Positions 27,165 to 38,800 of a DNA stretch of 64,000 nucleotides are shown here, in pieces. The DNA is from Tubulanus polymorphus (taxonomy: Eukaryota > Animalia > Nemertea). How positions within the stretch are numbered: position 1 is the stretch's first letter; every line of letters starts with the position of its first letter. The position numbers were made by a program, and so were the translations under genes. Where the stretch lies: the NCBI RefSeq assembly GCF_964204645.1, contig NC_134035.1, positions 1,178,001-1,242,000 of the forward strand, in the 5' to 3' direction. The notes under the pieces are model-generated. The model did no database searches and was not told the origin of the DNA. It saw only the letters and a program-made list of their open reading frames with translations.

Positions 27165-27460
27165 AGCACTTGTGGCAAGTGAGGATCCACAAGATACGGC
27201 AGTGCCCAGTAGGACATCAACTATTGCGACAATAGAGGATTCCACTTGTGGCAAGTGAGCATCCACCAGGTGCTCTAGTGTGCAGTAGGGCATCAACTAT
27301 TGCGACAAGAGGATTCCGCTTGTGGCAAGTGAGCATCCACCAGGTGCTCTAGTGTGCAGTAGGACATCAACTATTGCGACAAGAGGATTCCGCTTGTGGC
27401 AAGTGAGCATCCACCAGGTGCTCTAGTGTGCGGTAGGGCATCAAGTATTCCACTTCTAGA
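27165..27460. repeat. 74-bp minisatellite (about 4 copies)
   Basis: Unit ccacttgtggcaagtgagcatccaccaggtgctctagtgtgcagtaggacatcaactattgcgacaagaggatt. Confidence 0.9.
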
Positions 27461-28232
27461 TAAATAGGTGCACTTGAGTGTAATAGAACATCAACTACTG
27501 CAGAAATAGAAGATGTCACAACTGATAGTCATGCCACCTGGTGGTACACAAGCATTTACAAGAATCATTTAAAGAGTCAAATATAACTGAAAATTGCGGA
27601 AACGGTTCACGGTGTTTTAGTCCACACGCTTCAATTTTTTTTTCCATAATTCGTTCACAATTTCACTATTGAAAATATTTCTTTTAATCTAACTCTTTTC
27701 TACGTCGCAAAAATCTCGTCAGAAATCGATCATTTCACGATTATTGACATTTTTATAAAATTCTAGCAGAGTTTAAAAAACCGTCCGCAACGAATAAAAC
27801 AACAATAATACCCGCTAATTAATCGTCAACTAATTTTCATAAAAACGAATCAAAGTGGAATGTGCATCTGATAAATCAGTGTTGACCACAGCAGCGCCAC
27901 CTAGTGGCCAACATCTCGTCATTGTTTGCTGGTGCATGCGTGAACCGTACCTTTGGAAAAATCGATCCGAAGAGCATCGATCAGGGGCCGGTTTTATGGC
28001 CTCCAGTGGAATGTGGTTTGAAAATCTGTCGGTAATGGGATACCGGCAACACCAGATGGCGCGACAAAACACTGGGTTATTCGTATTGAAAATCAGTTCA
28101 TTTTCAATGAAATTCGAACTTTACTTTTAGGCTTCCAAATGAGAAAATCATCAAACGACTCATCGGATAGATATAGGATTCCCTTTCTCACTCAGTGGAT
28201 GGTATTGATTTCACTGAAAATTGATTTACTAA

Positions 28233-28393
28233 GGGATCACTCATTAATTACGTACGCATAAAATTTGAATTTTTCGACCCCCCTCCCCCTCTGTACGCAA
28301 AATCGGCCATTTTTTCGTATACATTAAGCATTACAGTACGCAATTGCACTGACCCCCCCTCCCCTAATGCGTACGTAATAAATGAATGACCCC
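28233..28393. mobile_element. PIF/Harbinger-like MITE (TAA TSD)
   Basis: TAA|GGGATCACTCATTAATTACGTACGCA...TGCGTACGTAATAAATGAATGACCCC|TAA. Confidence 0.85.
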
Positions 28394-28804
28394 TAACCAG
28401 AAAAGTTGACTCGAATTTAATTGAAATGTAGAAGAAATTGAAGCGCGGTAACCCAGTGCCACTAGCGATCCTGGCGGATTATCGCCGAATCCTCGCTTCC
28501 CACAGTAGCCTTGCCGATATCGCATTTCAAGGTTACGAGAGGTCAAAAGAATCCAGGATTCAAATTCCAACCATAAAACCGGCCCCAGCAACGGTAAAAC
28601 CAAATCTAACCCGGAAGTGTAACAGATCTTAGCCTAATCTGGACATCACTTACTGTCATTAATGTACAATACGATGTTTACATCCGGATTAAGCGGTTTC
28701 ACGTTCGTTTCAAATTGAATCGACGAAAAATACGTGTGGCGCGAGTGAAACATGGCGATCAATTCATATTTGATTGAATTGCTCTTCAAGATGGATCCGT
28801 CTGC

Positions 28805-29882
28805 TCAGTTCGCCGTCGTCGTGTCGCTGAACCGAGACACGTCCGTGTAGCAACCGTCTAAATCCTCGTACTCGTGCGTGCTCGGGTCCGTGCAGCTACT
28901 GCTCATTGTTGTCGTCGTCGTCGGCGACGGATTCGGCGTTTTCACTTTGTAATTACCGACAATCGAGCCGTTCGTCGATTTACTAGTCTTCATTGCCGCG
29001 GCGATATCGTCGTTAAACACGAATTCATCGTCGGACGACGAAACGTTTAAATTCAAGTTTTTTTCGTAACTACTCGGAATTACTTCGAGGTAACCGAAAT
29101 CTGCGTCCGTTGTTGCCATGGCCGCGTTACTGCCACGTTTCGTTTTATGCAAAGCGTCCAATAATTCGGCGCTACTCGTAAATTTCGGTATCGCCGATGA
29201 CGACTCGACGACGGCGGTCGGGGAATTCCGCGGCGGTAGAGGAAGTTCGCGCCGCGGTACGTCCGGCGATTCCCAACACGCGTGTCTCCGTCTGCGCGGC
29301 GGACGCGGAGCCGTCGCCGATTTATCCAACAGTTCGGAATCGGGCGTCGGAGGAGGCGGAGGTAATCCGCAGTCTTCGAATGAAAAACGCTTTTTTTGAT
29401 CGGCGGCGCCGCTCGGTGTTCTCACCGGCGTAATGCATTTACTATTCGGGAATGTCGTCAAATTACGGAATTCGGAGTCTTGACTGTGGTGGCGCATTTT
29501 ACGCTCGTCGCCGTCGTTACGGAATGACGACGTACGCGACGTCGCTGGTTTACGCGGTAACGTACAAAACGCCGGCTGATCGACGACGACCCGACCCCTG
29601 CGATACGCCGGCGGCGCCTGCGTCGGATGAAGCTTAACGCCGCCTTTCGGAAACAAATAGCCGATCTCGAGGCGTTCCTCGCTGTTGTCGGCGGCGAAGA
29701 CGTCGTCTTCGAGGTCCAAACGCGGATCCATGAATACGTCGTCGGTATCGTCGGTGAATACCTCGTCGTCGAGGTCGTCGGTGTTTATCGGAAGATAGAA
29801 GTTGGAAGACCAGACTCCGGTACGCGGGTAAACTTTATACAAATCTCCGCAGTGATTATACTCATCAGGCAGATTCAAACTA
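28805..29882 (-). CDS. THSD7-like terminal exon (358-aa disordered cytoplasmic tail)
   Basis: Acceptor tatttcag at 29883 is in phase (2) with the preceding donor; 357-aa ORF in the track; stop TGA at 28807-28805. Confidence 0.8.
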
Positions 29883-32800
29883 CTGAAATAATGAATAGAA
29901 TAAAATCCTGTATTCGAGTTTAACTAAAGGAACACATAATGACGAGTCGTTTCAACGCATCTACACCACAGTGCGATGTATAAATCTGTGATCCACGAAA
30001 CTAATACATTGCAGCTCTGTGTGTCGATTTGAATATTCTAATTTTTTATTATCTCTATTGGAAGATGGGGGCACTTGTCATATATTAGTTAACTAATGAT
30101 ACATCGCACCGCGGTGTAGACGCACTATAGCTGTATGCCTGTTACAAATACACTGGGGTGGCATTTCCCGAACTTTTTTAATTATCTCTAATATTTTAGG
30201 GCAAGAAATGGCCAGCACTGAAAGAGTTATGGTTATCAAAAGTGTGTGACAATTCAAACTTATTTCCTGGAGTGGAATTCTATCAGGAAAATTGACACAG
30301 TTCAGAAGCCTGCCCTGGGAATGTGGAATTTCATAAGAAAACTTTATAGGGCATAGAGTTTTGTCTACAGGATTTAAAATGCTGCCCTGTGATTGTGGAA
30401 TTTCATCCGAAAACTTTGGTTATTTTATAAGCCTTCATATTTCAAAATCATGCCTGGGCTTTTGATTACTGTGCCTAACACTAAAACAGTGAATGAAATA
30501 CTTCGATGATAGATACATATTTGACGATAATACCGTACATGTTTAACATACACAAGAAATTGAACGATTTGAAAAACATGCCAAAGAAATCCATCACCGA
30601 AGCTTTAAAACTCTGGTCACTTGATCAGTTTTTAATCACTTGATCAGTAACTTGATCAGTTTTTAATCACGCTGGCCAAGGAAGGATGACTAGAGCTTTC
30701 CTTAATAAAGGTTAACCAAAATTAAACTAAGCCTACAACAAAGTATCATTTCATATCGCAAAACAAAACATGTGCCGGAAACAAACTAGCGCTGGTATTC
30801 ATAATCAGTGGATAGTTCTACTTCATGCAATATCAAGTGCATCTAGCACTCAGTGAAACTAGTGACTGATATACAATTGAAACCTGCTTAAATCCGCATC
30901 AGTTTAAACCAAAACGTTTATCTAATTCATGCATCATTTACGGTCCCTGTATGCAGTAGAACGAATTGAATATGACTTTCTGATCCGGATTATGCAGGTT
31001 TTACTAAATATGTTATTGATGAGATAGAAAATGCACACACGACCTTCAAGCAACACTGCACTTTCAACAGTTTGTAAGCACGACTGCGTGAGTAGTAAGA
31101 AAAAGACATTTCAAAGCAATTAGCAACTTAAGTGGTCAAGAAAATGGAGTTTTAAACAAGAAGAGACGTTCGATAATGATTATACTGTAAAAAGTTGAGC
31201 GTAGAAATTATTCGAAAATTCAAAAATTCGTAAAAAATATTTGGCAACTTTTGGAAACTAAGATTGGAATTAGTCTGGAAATTTCTAGATTTTTTCATAG
31301 AAGTACAGTACCGAGGGTATTCGACACAAAACAACGTTTTTCATGTGTCAGTAAAAACGTCTCAACTTTCTTAAAGTCGGAAAAATATTTATAAAAAAAA
31401 CATCGACATGCGACCGACACGAGTAACGTTTAGTAAATTTGTTTACCTGTAGCAAACGTGGCGCTGCTCCAAACATTGGAGCAGAAACCGTGGTTACACA
31501 ATGTCAGTTTCGACCAGGGAAGACCGTAACTTCCATAGGAAGCTTTTGAATTACAAATTATACGTAAAACAATGTATACATTCAAAACATAACATTCTCA
31601 AATATTTTTCTCATCATATTCTCATTGCATTGCAGGCCCTCGAACCCTTAAGCCTCGGACCCTTCATCCCCTCAGACATTCAACGCTAAACCAAATTCTT
31701 CCAATTTGTTGTTGTCTGCTGCTTCACATGTGTTCGGCACTTCACCCGAGATATTTTCGATTGAAAAGGTACTACGATTTTCTTAATTGTATTCAAATTA
31801 TTAGTTAATTAACAATGAAACACTAGCTTGGGATCTAGCACGTGTAATTTGACAACACATGTAGCATCAGCAGTCTCTATATTTCACCTGATGAAGACAT
31901 ATGAGCCCGAAAACGTTTGTCTTAATAAACTATCTTAACTCATTAGAAACAATACACCAAAGTTCACCAGCCCTGTATTATGGTCAAGCAATATCATTTG
32001 AAACTGTTTAGATCTGAAGCATAAACGAGATTTATATTGTTATCGCTTCTATGGATTTTCTATCAGATATTTCATCAGCACACTTTCGAAAATGGATAAT
32101 CTACACTTCAAATAATCGTAAATGTCTGAAGGGATGTAGACTCTTGGCGGCGGATTGATACTTGGATACCAGTAATTCATTCTCAATAATAGGTATTTCA
32201 TACAATATTCTGTGAAACCGTTAGTATATAATAGCATTGTTAGTTTCAGACCGGTGCGCGCTGAGTTAAAGCGAATACTCGCGTCTGCTCACCTATGACG
32301 CGTGCCGCCGTTTTCGACGCGTACGTTGCCGTTTTGACACGCGTTGTTGTTTTTTTCGTGGTCGCGATACTCCGTCGTCGTGTAGCAATGAAGGTCGTTG
32401 TTCATTTTCGACGGACTATGATTGTTGACGTTGTTCGTTCTGCTCGTCTGCGTCGCCGTTAAACTCAAGTGACCGGTGAATCGCCGTCTGCTGAAACAAT
32501 AGCGCACGTTGTTACCGTTAGTTACATTTCTGGCAAGAATTATACAATAGAAAATCTAATGGTGTTCGGGCCTTCTCATTTATCAGGGGGACGCCACTTT
32601 TATTTGCTTTGCTTCCCCCCTGACTATTCCCGGAGATGCACATTGTTTTCCCTGACTCGATCTGCTAAGAATCCAATCAATTAACACAGTTAACACAGTC
32701 AAATACATAAGACGGAAACTGTTTGATTTCACACGCGATCTAGCAATCTCGACAAATTTCTCTTGACTTTTAGCTTTTTTACCGTGACTATTCCCTGACT

Positions 32801-35800
32801 TTTTAAAGAAAAAGAAAATTCCCTGGACCCTGTTCCACAGTTATGAGTTAAGATTTGACTCAGAGTTAACTCTTTGAAAATGAACTTATTTCAACTCAGA
32901 GTTAACATTAACTCTAGACTGTGGAACTGGGTCCTGATTTTCAGATAAGCGGCGCCACCCCGTATTTTTGTAATTTACACTGACCTGCATATAAATATAA
33001 GGGAAAGCACCATCAGCATGATAATTACTATAGATCCGACTGCGATAGCTATCCATATGGCATCTGTAATATCAAATCAATCACAAATCAAAACGTAAAA
33101 TATTCCAGTAATTCAGACAGAAAAACATGCTGCAATAAACACGACTTACTCGATAAACCTTTCGATGCCTGATTTTCACGGGTCAACGCTTGTCTATAGT
33201 TACAGGTAATATCTACAACAAACAAAACCAATCATTGGATATACGTAGATTCATTCAGAACTTTCCACAATTTCCAAATTTTCAAATCTAAATTTACAGA
33301 ACTATACACAGCCATTTCTATAGTTATCGGTTAAGATATGACTCCAGGACCCAGTTCCACAGTTGTGAATCAAGATTTTACTCAGAGTTACATCATTGAA
33401 AACGATCTGATTTTAAGAGTAAACTCAACTCAAACCGGAACTCAAAAACTGGAACCGGATCCAGAGGGTTAAAACATCAGAAATTAACTAATCTTTAGAC
33501 TAGAGTCAAACTGTTGAACTGATTCTCGGGCCAAGTTGCACATTTTGTGACTTAACTCCAAAAGATGTTTTAAATGTTTTTATACATTTCTCAAGTTGTT
33601 AGATCGGCTATAGAACTAAGTTGGTATTAGAATGTCCCCATGGTTTATACTACTACGTACTGTTTAATGGCAACGATCCGTCTTTACACTGACACACTGA
33701 TCTATGTATATCACAGTAAGATTCATTGATCGGACAATGTTGATCTGATAAACATCCCATCTTTGGGTAACAAACACGGCCATCACCTGAAATCATTCAT
33801 ATATATATATATATATATACCAGTGAACTAGGGGTCCAGGAACACCATACCCACTCAAGCAGTTAGACAAATTAAATTATTTCACATGGAATACAACAAA
33901 CTATACGTTAAAACAAAAAGATTACCCTGAAGTTCTACTTTTAGTTGACTTGCTTATCCCCCAAACTTTTCCCTGACATGGAAGTTGATTCCCTGGTTTT
34001 TAGGTTTTTTTTTTTTTAACAAAATTCCCTGACTATTCCATGACTTTTTGAAAGAAAAGAAAATTCCCTGACTTTCCCAGTAAGTAGACACCCTGCCATT
34101 ATATGCAGTATCATCAATCTGGGCAACTGATCGCAATCCCGAGTTTTTTCCATTTTATTCCCGGCATATTCATGAAGTGATATGTTGCCTTAATGCGTAC
34201 ATACCTTCAAAGCCTTGATTACACTGGCATTTACCATAGTGACACTCGGCCTCGCGGGAGCATTCATTGTTACAATTCCAGTTTCCATCTGGACGACGGC
34301 TCCTGCTACAACCACCCGTTACACGTGCGCCACCTATATTTCATTGAAGAAATTTCGGCTTGTCATAAGTTGTTAGATTGGCTATAGAACCAAAATTAGC
34401 TTAGACTGGTTTACAGTTGGTAAATAAGTAATGGAATCTAGATGAGCTTAGACGGGTCTTAAGATTTTAAGATTGGCTTGTAGAATCAAAATGAGCTAAG
34501 ACTGATATTAACTAAGATGGTAGATTAGTTATGAGACCAAGTTGAGCTCAGACTGGACATAAATCTAAGTCTTGGCTGCACACAAGAAATGAAAGCAACG
34601 CGGTTTATGATTTTTATGTTATACCTTGCGTTACGCAATAAATCTCTCTTTCTCCCGGTACGATCCAACCGTCAATAATCCACTGGAATGATGGACATAA
34701 CATATCCACATCGTGACAACTCCTGAAAATCGAATAATAATAAACGAATCACGCGAAATGTTGAGCAAAAAATCAGCGCAGATTCCTAATGTAAGCGATG
34801 ATTCAATACGTACTTGAATTCTTTTAACGCACTCGGACACGCGAGTCCTCCGCGTTCAGCAGGTTTAATGATCGACCTCGTTCGGATTTTGATGCCGGTG
34901 CCGTCTGCGTTGGAGCAGTCACGATAACACGGTCCGAACGGACTCCATTCCGTTACCTGTTCGCGCGATACGAAAATATACACGTTATACAAGAAATGAA
35001 GTGATTTGTTTGGAAACGCGAGTGATTATTAGTCGACGAGATATGTATTTACCATGCAGTCATGCGGACAAGGACTTCCGCAAGGTTGAGTCGTTCTCAG
35101 GTCTAATTTCGATAAATCTATTGATGCTAAATTGCCTTTGCTACCTATAAACATCGAATAAACACCTATAATGACAGTCACATACAGATAGTCCGAACAT
35201 ATGGAAAACCGAAGCTCTCTCGACCTCCGCTACCTCTAACAGCACGCACCAGATGGCGCTCCAGTTAAATGAGTTATGCGTCGCGAAAATCAGTTTATTG
35301 AGAATTTATTTTTTATGAAATTTGAACTAGATTTGATTTCATCAGGATGGCCATTTTCCACCCATTAACAAATTCCCTCATGAGTTTTAATATAAAATTC
35401 CCTGAATAAATCTGAGAAATTTCCAGCAATTCATTCATTTTTCTACTATGAATCATGTACTGATAAAGAAGTGTGGCCAAAAGCATTGTCAGAGTTTTCC
35501 AGGTTTTTTTTACAAAATTATCAAATTCCCTGCAGTTTTCCCCGATTCTTTCAAGACTTTTCCGATTCCCTGAGTTTTCCGGGTCAGTGGTTATCATCCT
35601 GCGAATGATTTCAATACGTAAACTTATATCATCTCCATACCTTTAATTAAACAATGAATGTTTTGTACGGCTACACCGTCGCTACGACGACACTGAACGA
35701 CGCGATGTCGCTCGCCGAAGCCGCACCCGTCTCCTTCGACGTTACACGAACTCCACGGACCTCGATACCACGAGTACGTATATAATACACACGGCTCTAA

Positions 35801-38800
35801 ACCGCACGTCGTTGTCTGCAAAAACAAAGAAGAATTACGCATTAGATATCGATGGAAGAAGTCAAAGAGCACAGGATACAAGCAAGGGGCTGCAGTTGCT
35901 TAAACGTTTGTTAAAGATAACCAGTGGATAAATACCATAGCAACTATGAACTTTCAATTGTCACCATGTCAACTATCCACTGGTTAGCTTTAACCAACTT
36001 TTGAGCAACTGCAGCCCCTGTACTACAGTGGAACCAGGAGCTGATCCAGGGGCAGACTTTGACAGCAGCACATAGAAATGAAAACGGTAACAGGGGTCTG
36101 GAAAATTTAGAAATTCCAGTGTATTGTCATACAATTTCCAATGGCCACTTCTATTCGACTTGCTTTTCCCTCCGGCTATTTCCTGACATGCATGTTGTTT
36201 TCCCTGACTTGATCTGCTAAGTATCCGATCAATTAACACAGTCAAATACGTAAGACTTCGATGGAAACTGATTTTACACGCGATCTCAACATTCTCAATT
36301 TCTCTGACTATTCCCTGACATGCACGTTGTTTTCCCCTAACTGCTAACAATCCAATCAATGAACACAGTCAAATACGTAAGACATAGATGGAAACTGTTT
36401 GATGATATGTGCAATCTAGTAATCTCAACAAATTTCCCTGACTTTTCCCTGATTCCTAGGTAAGTGGCGCCTGTTTTACACTCACCTGTTCGAGTATTTC
36501 CGAACCGGGACACGCGCGTCCGCGTTTGTTCGGATTGCGCGTGATCGATCGACGCCGCGTTTTGAATTTCGTCGGTCCACATCCCGAGCACGTCGTCCAA
36601 CGCGTGTACCGTCCGACGCGGCAATCGACGGCACACGGCGTGTGGCACGACTCGCGCACCGTAATACTGCTTGTGTTACAAAAATATAGAGGCATGAAAA
36701 TACCGGCTTCGCGTACGCACTGTACCGGGCGCATTCTCTGACCTACGTAGTAGAAAAAAATTAATATCAAAATAAAACTTCGAAACCTTCAGAAACTGAT
36801 TCCAGGGTCTGGTTTCGTGAAAAATTTCAGCTTAAAACGGTTTGAATTGTAGACATCGACGAAAACACGAAAAAAATTGAGTTTGACATATTCAATTTTT
36901 GCAATTTTTTACATTTTTCATAGCAACCCCTGTGATTCCGTAGTAACTTGTCCATGAACTTCAGGAGCCACGTACCTCGTCCGCAGTCGTTGTTGCGATT
37001 AAACTGACAACTGCTCCAATCACCGACGACGACCTTGTAGCGATAACACGGACATTCCTCGGACTCGACGAGCGGACCGCACGCGTAACCACCGGGCATC
37101 GGCTCGCGTATCGTCTTTCTCGTACGCATGCGGCGACCGATCTTGTCGTTGCCGCGTTCTGTGCACTGGCATTGTCCGAATTCGGACCACGGTGACTGTA
37201 TACAATTACCTACAGATATAATTAATATGTTTTTCTTCAACACGGATAATTCCATTTCAATATCTTTAAAGACAAGTCAAAGCTAAAGTCTATCATCCAT
37301 TTGTACATCACCATGCGGTGTAGACCCACTGAACGGGTTAAAGAACTCTAGCAAAAAGATGCCAAGAAATTGTTTTCATTATGGAGCTTGAATTACTGAG
37401 TATACTTTCTATCATTTTGTCTATCAAGTGATATTATGTTAAAGTGTATAACATAGCTATATAACACTGAATTATGGTATGGAATATGCTTCCATGGATT
37501 CTATTCTCTAAGATTTCTCATACCTATCTTCTAAGCCGTGCAGCGATCTCAGAAATACTTTCAGACTACAGATATTTGCTTACTAGGCCTACCAGTTATC
37601 TCTAAACTCTAACAGTGTTGAGCAATTGAAAACTTACAATTATCATTCGTAACAATAACTACATATTGACGAAACTTGTCTGTAAGGATAATTACAAATA
37701 AAAGCGAAATAGAAATCACATCCCTCGATAGATGGTAAAGTTTCCTTCCAACAGAGAAGAAGCATTATCATTAAGCATACAAAATAGCGAAACAGTGAAG
37801 CTTTAGGATTATAAAGCGCAAAAAAATCACTATTTAATGATCAAACAAAGTGCGTTAGACAGAACAACAAAACCAAAGAACAGTAAACAGTTAGAAGTAT
37901 CAGTTTATAGTAGAGACTGTTATTAGCTGAATAGATGAATAGTGGCAGAACTCAACAAACATTTCATAAAATTATACATTCGGCACGGATCTGAGTCTAA
38001 AACAGAAACAGAACGCTAGGTCCTGATTTTTCCTGAGTTTAAGCCATAGTCATAAAAAAAGAAATAGTAAAAGAAATCTTTATTTTCATTAGATTTTAGA
38101 TTCTATTTACATTAATTCCATGGATTTCTAATCTAAAATCTAACGAAAATGATTTGATAGTTCTTGTGTTTCTACCACACATTCACCGAGCTACTATCGA
38201 GTACATGTACGTTATAAAGCGCCATCTACGTTAAACTACACTAACAACACTTCACAGCTTACCGCGATGGTTCGTAGTTCTGTCGTTAGGTAACGATGCC
38301 TCGATTGTGGCGGGGAGAGGAGGATTGTTGTCGTTGTTGTTGTTGTTACCTTTGCAGACGACATTACACGATCGTTCGGTCGCGAGTCGCGGCATTCTCT
38401 GCTCGCACAACGACTCGTCGCCGGCCGGACACGTCACTCGACGTCTTTGAACTCCGTCGCCGCATGTCAGTCCGAACTTCACTTTACAAATATCCCACTG
38501 AAATGAAACATCAGAGAAAAGAAATTTAATTCGGAGGATAACAAACAGAGATTCTGTAAATTTGTATAAAACCACACATTTTAGAATATTCGGGTCTCTA
38601 GGTCTCTTCATTGTAACTACACCATAGTGCAGTGTATTAATTAATCAGTGAGTTACTAATACTCAGCACCACGGCGCATCGATTTAAGTATCAATTGGTT
38701 ATAATCTCTATTGAAATGTGGCAGCACCTGTCAAACATAGTGAAATGTAAGTAGCTAAAGATAAATTGTGGTGCAGACAATAAACTGTAGCGGTTTTCCC

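Noticed and set aside
28640-28807. Stop-codon readthrough of the THSD7-like gene
   Set aside because: The TGA-G context is not a leaky one, and the downstream open stretch is unremarkable.
29118-29923. Several + strand ORFs overlapping the last exon
   Set aside because: Antisense shadows of a GC-rich coding exon.
31447-31542. Possible alternative exon in the last THSD7-like intron (…LVETDIV*)
   Set aside because: The acceptor is weak (ttcaaaag), there is no other support, and the flanking exons already join in phase.
32045-32082. Minus-strand CTGATGA...GAAA hammerhead-like word
   Set aside because: Only a marginal AT stem II and no stems I/III; likely chance.
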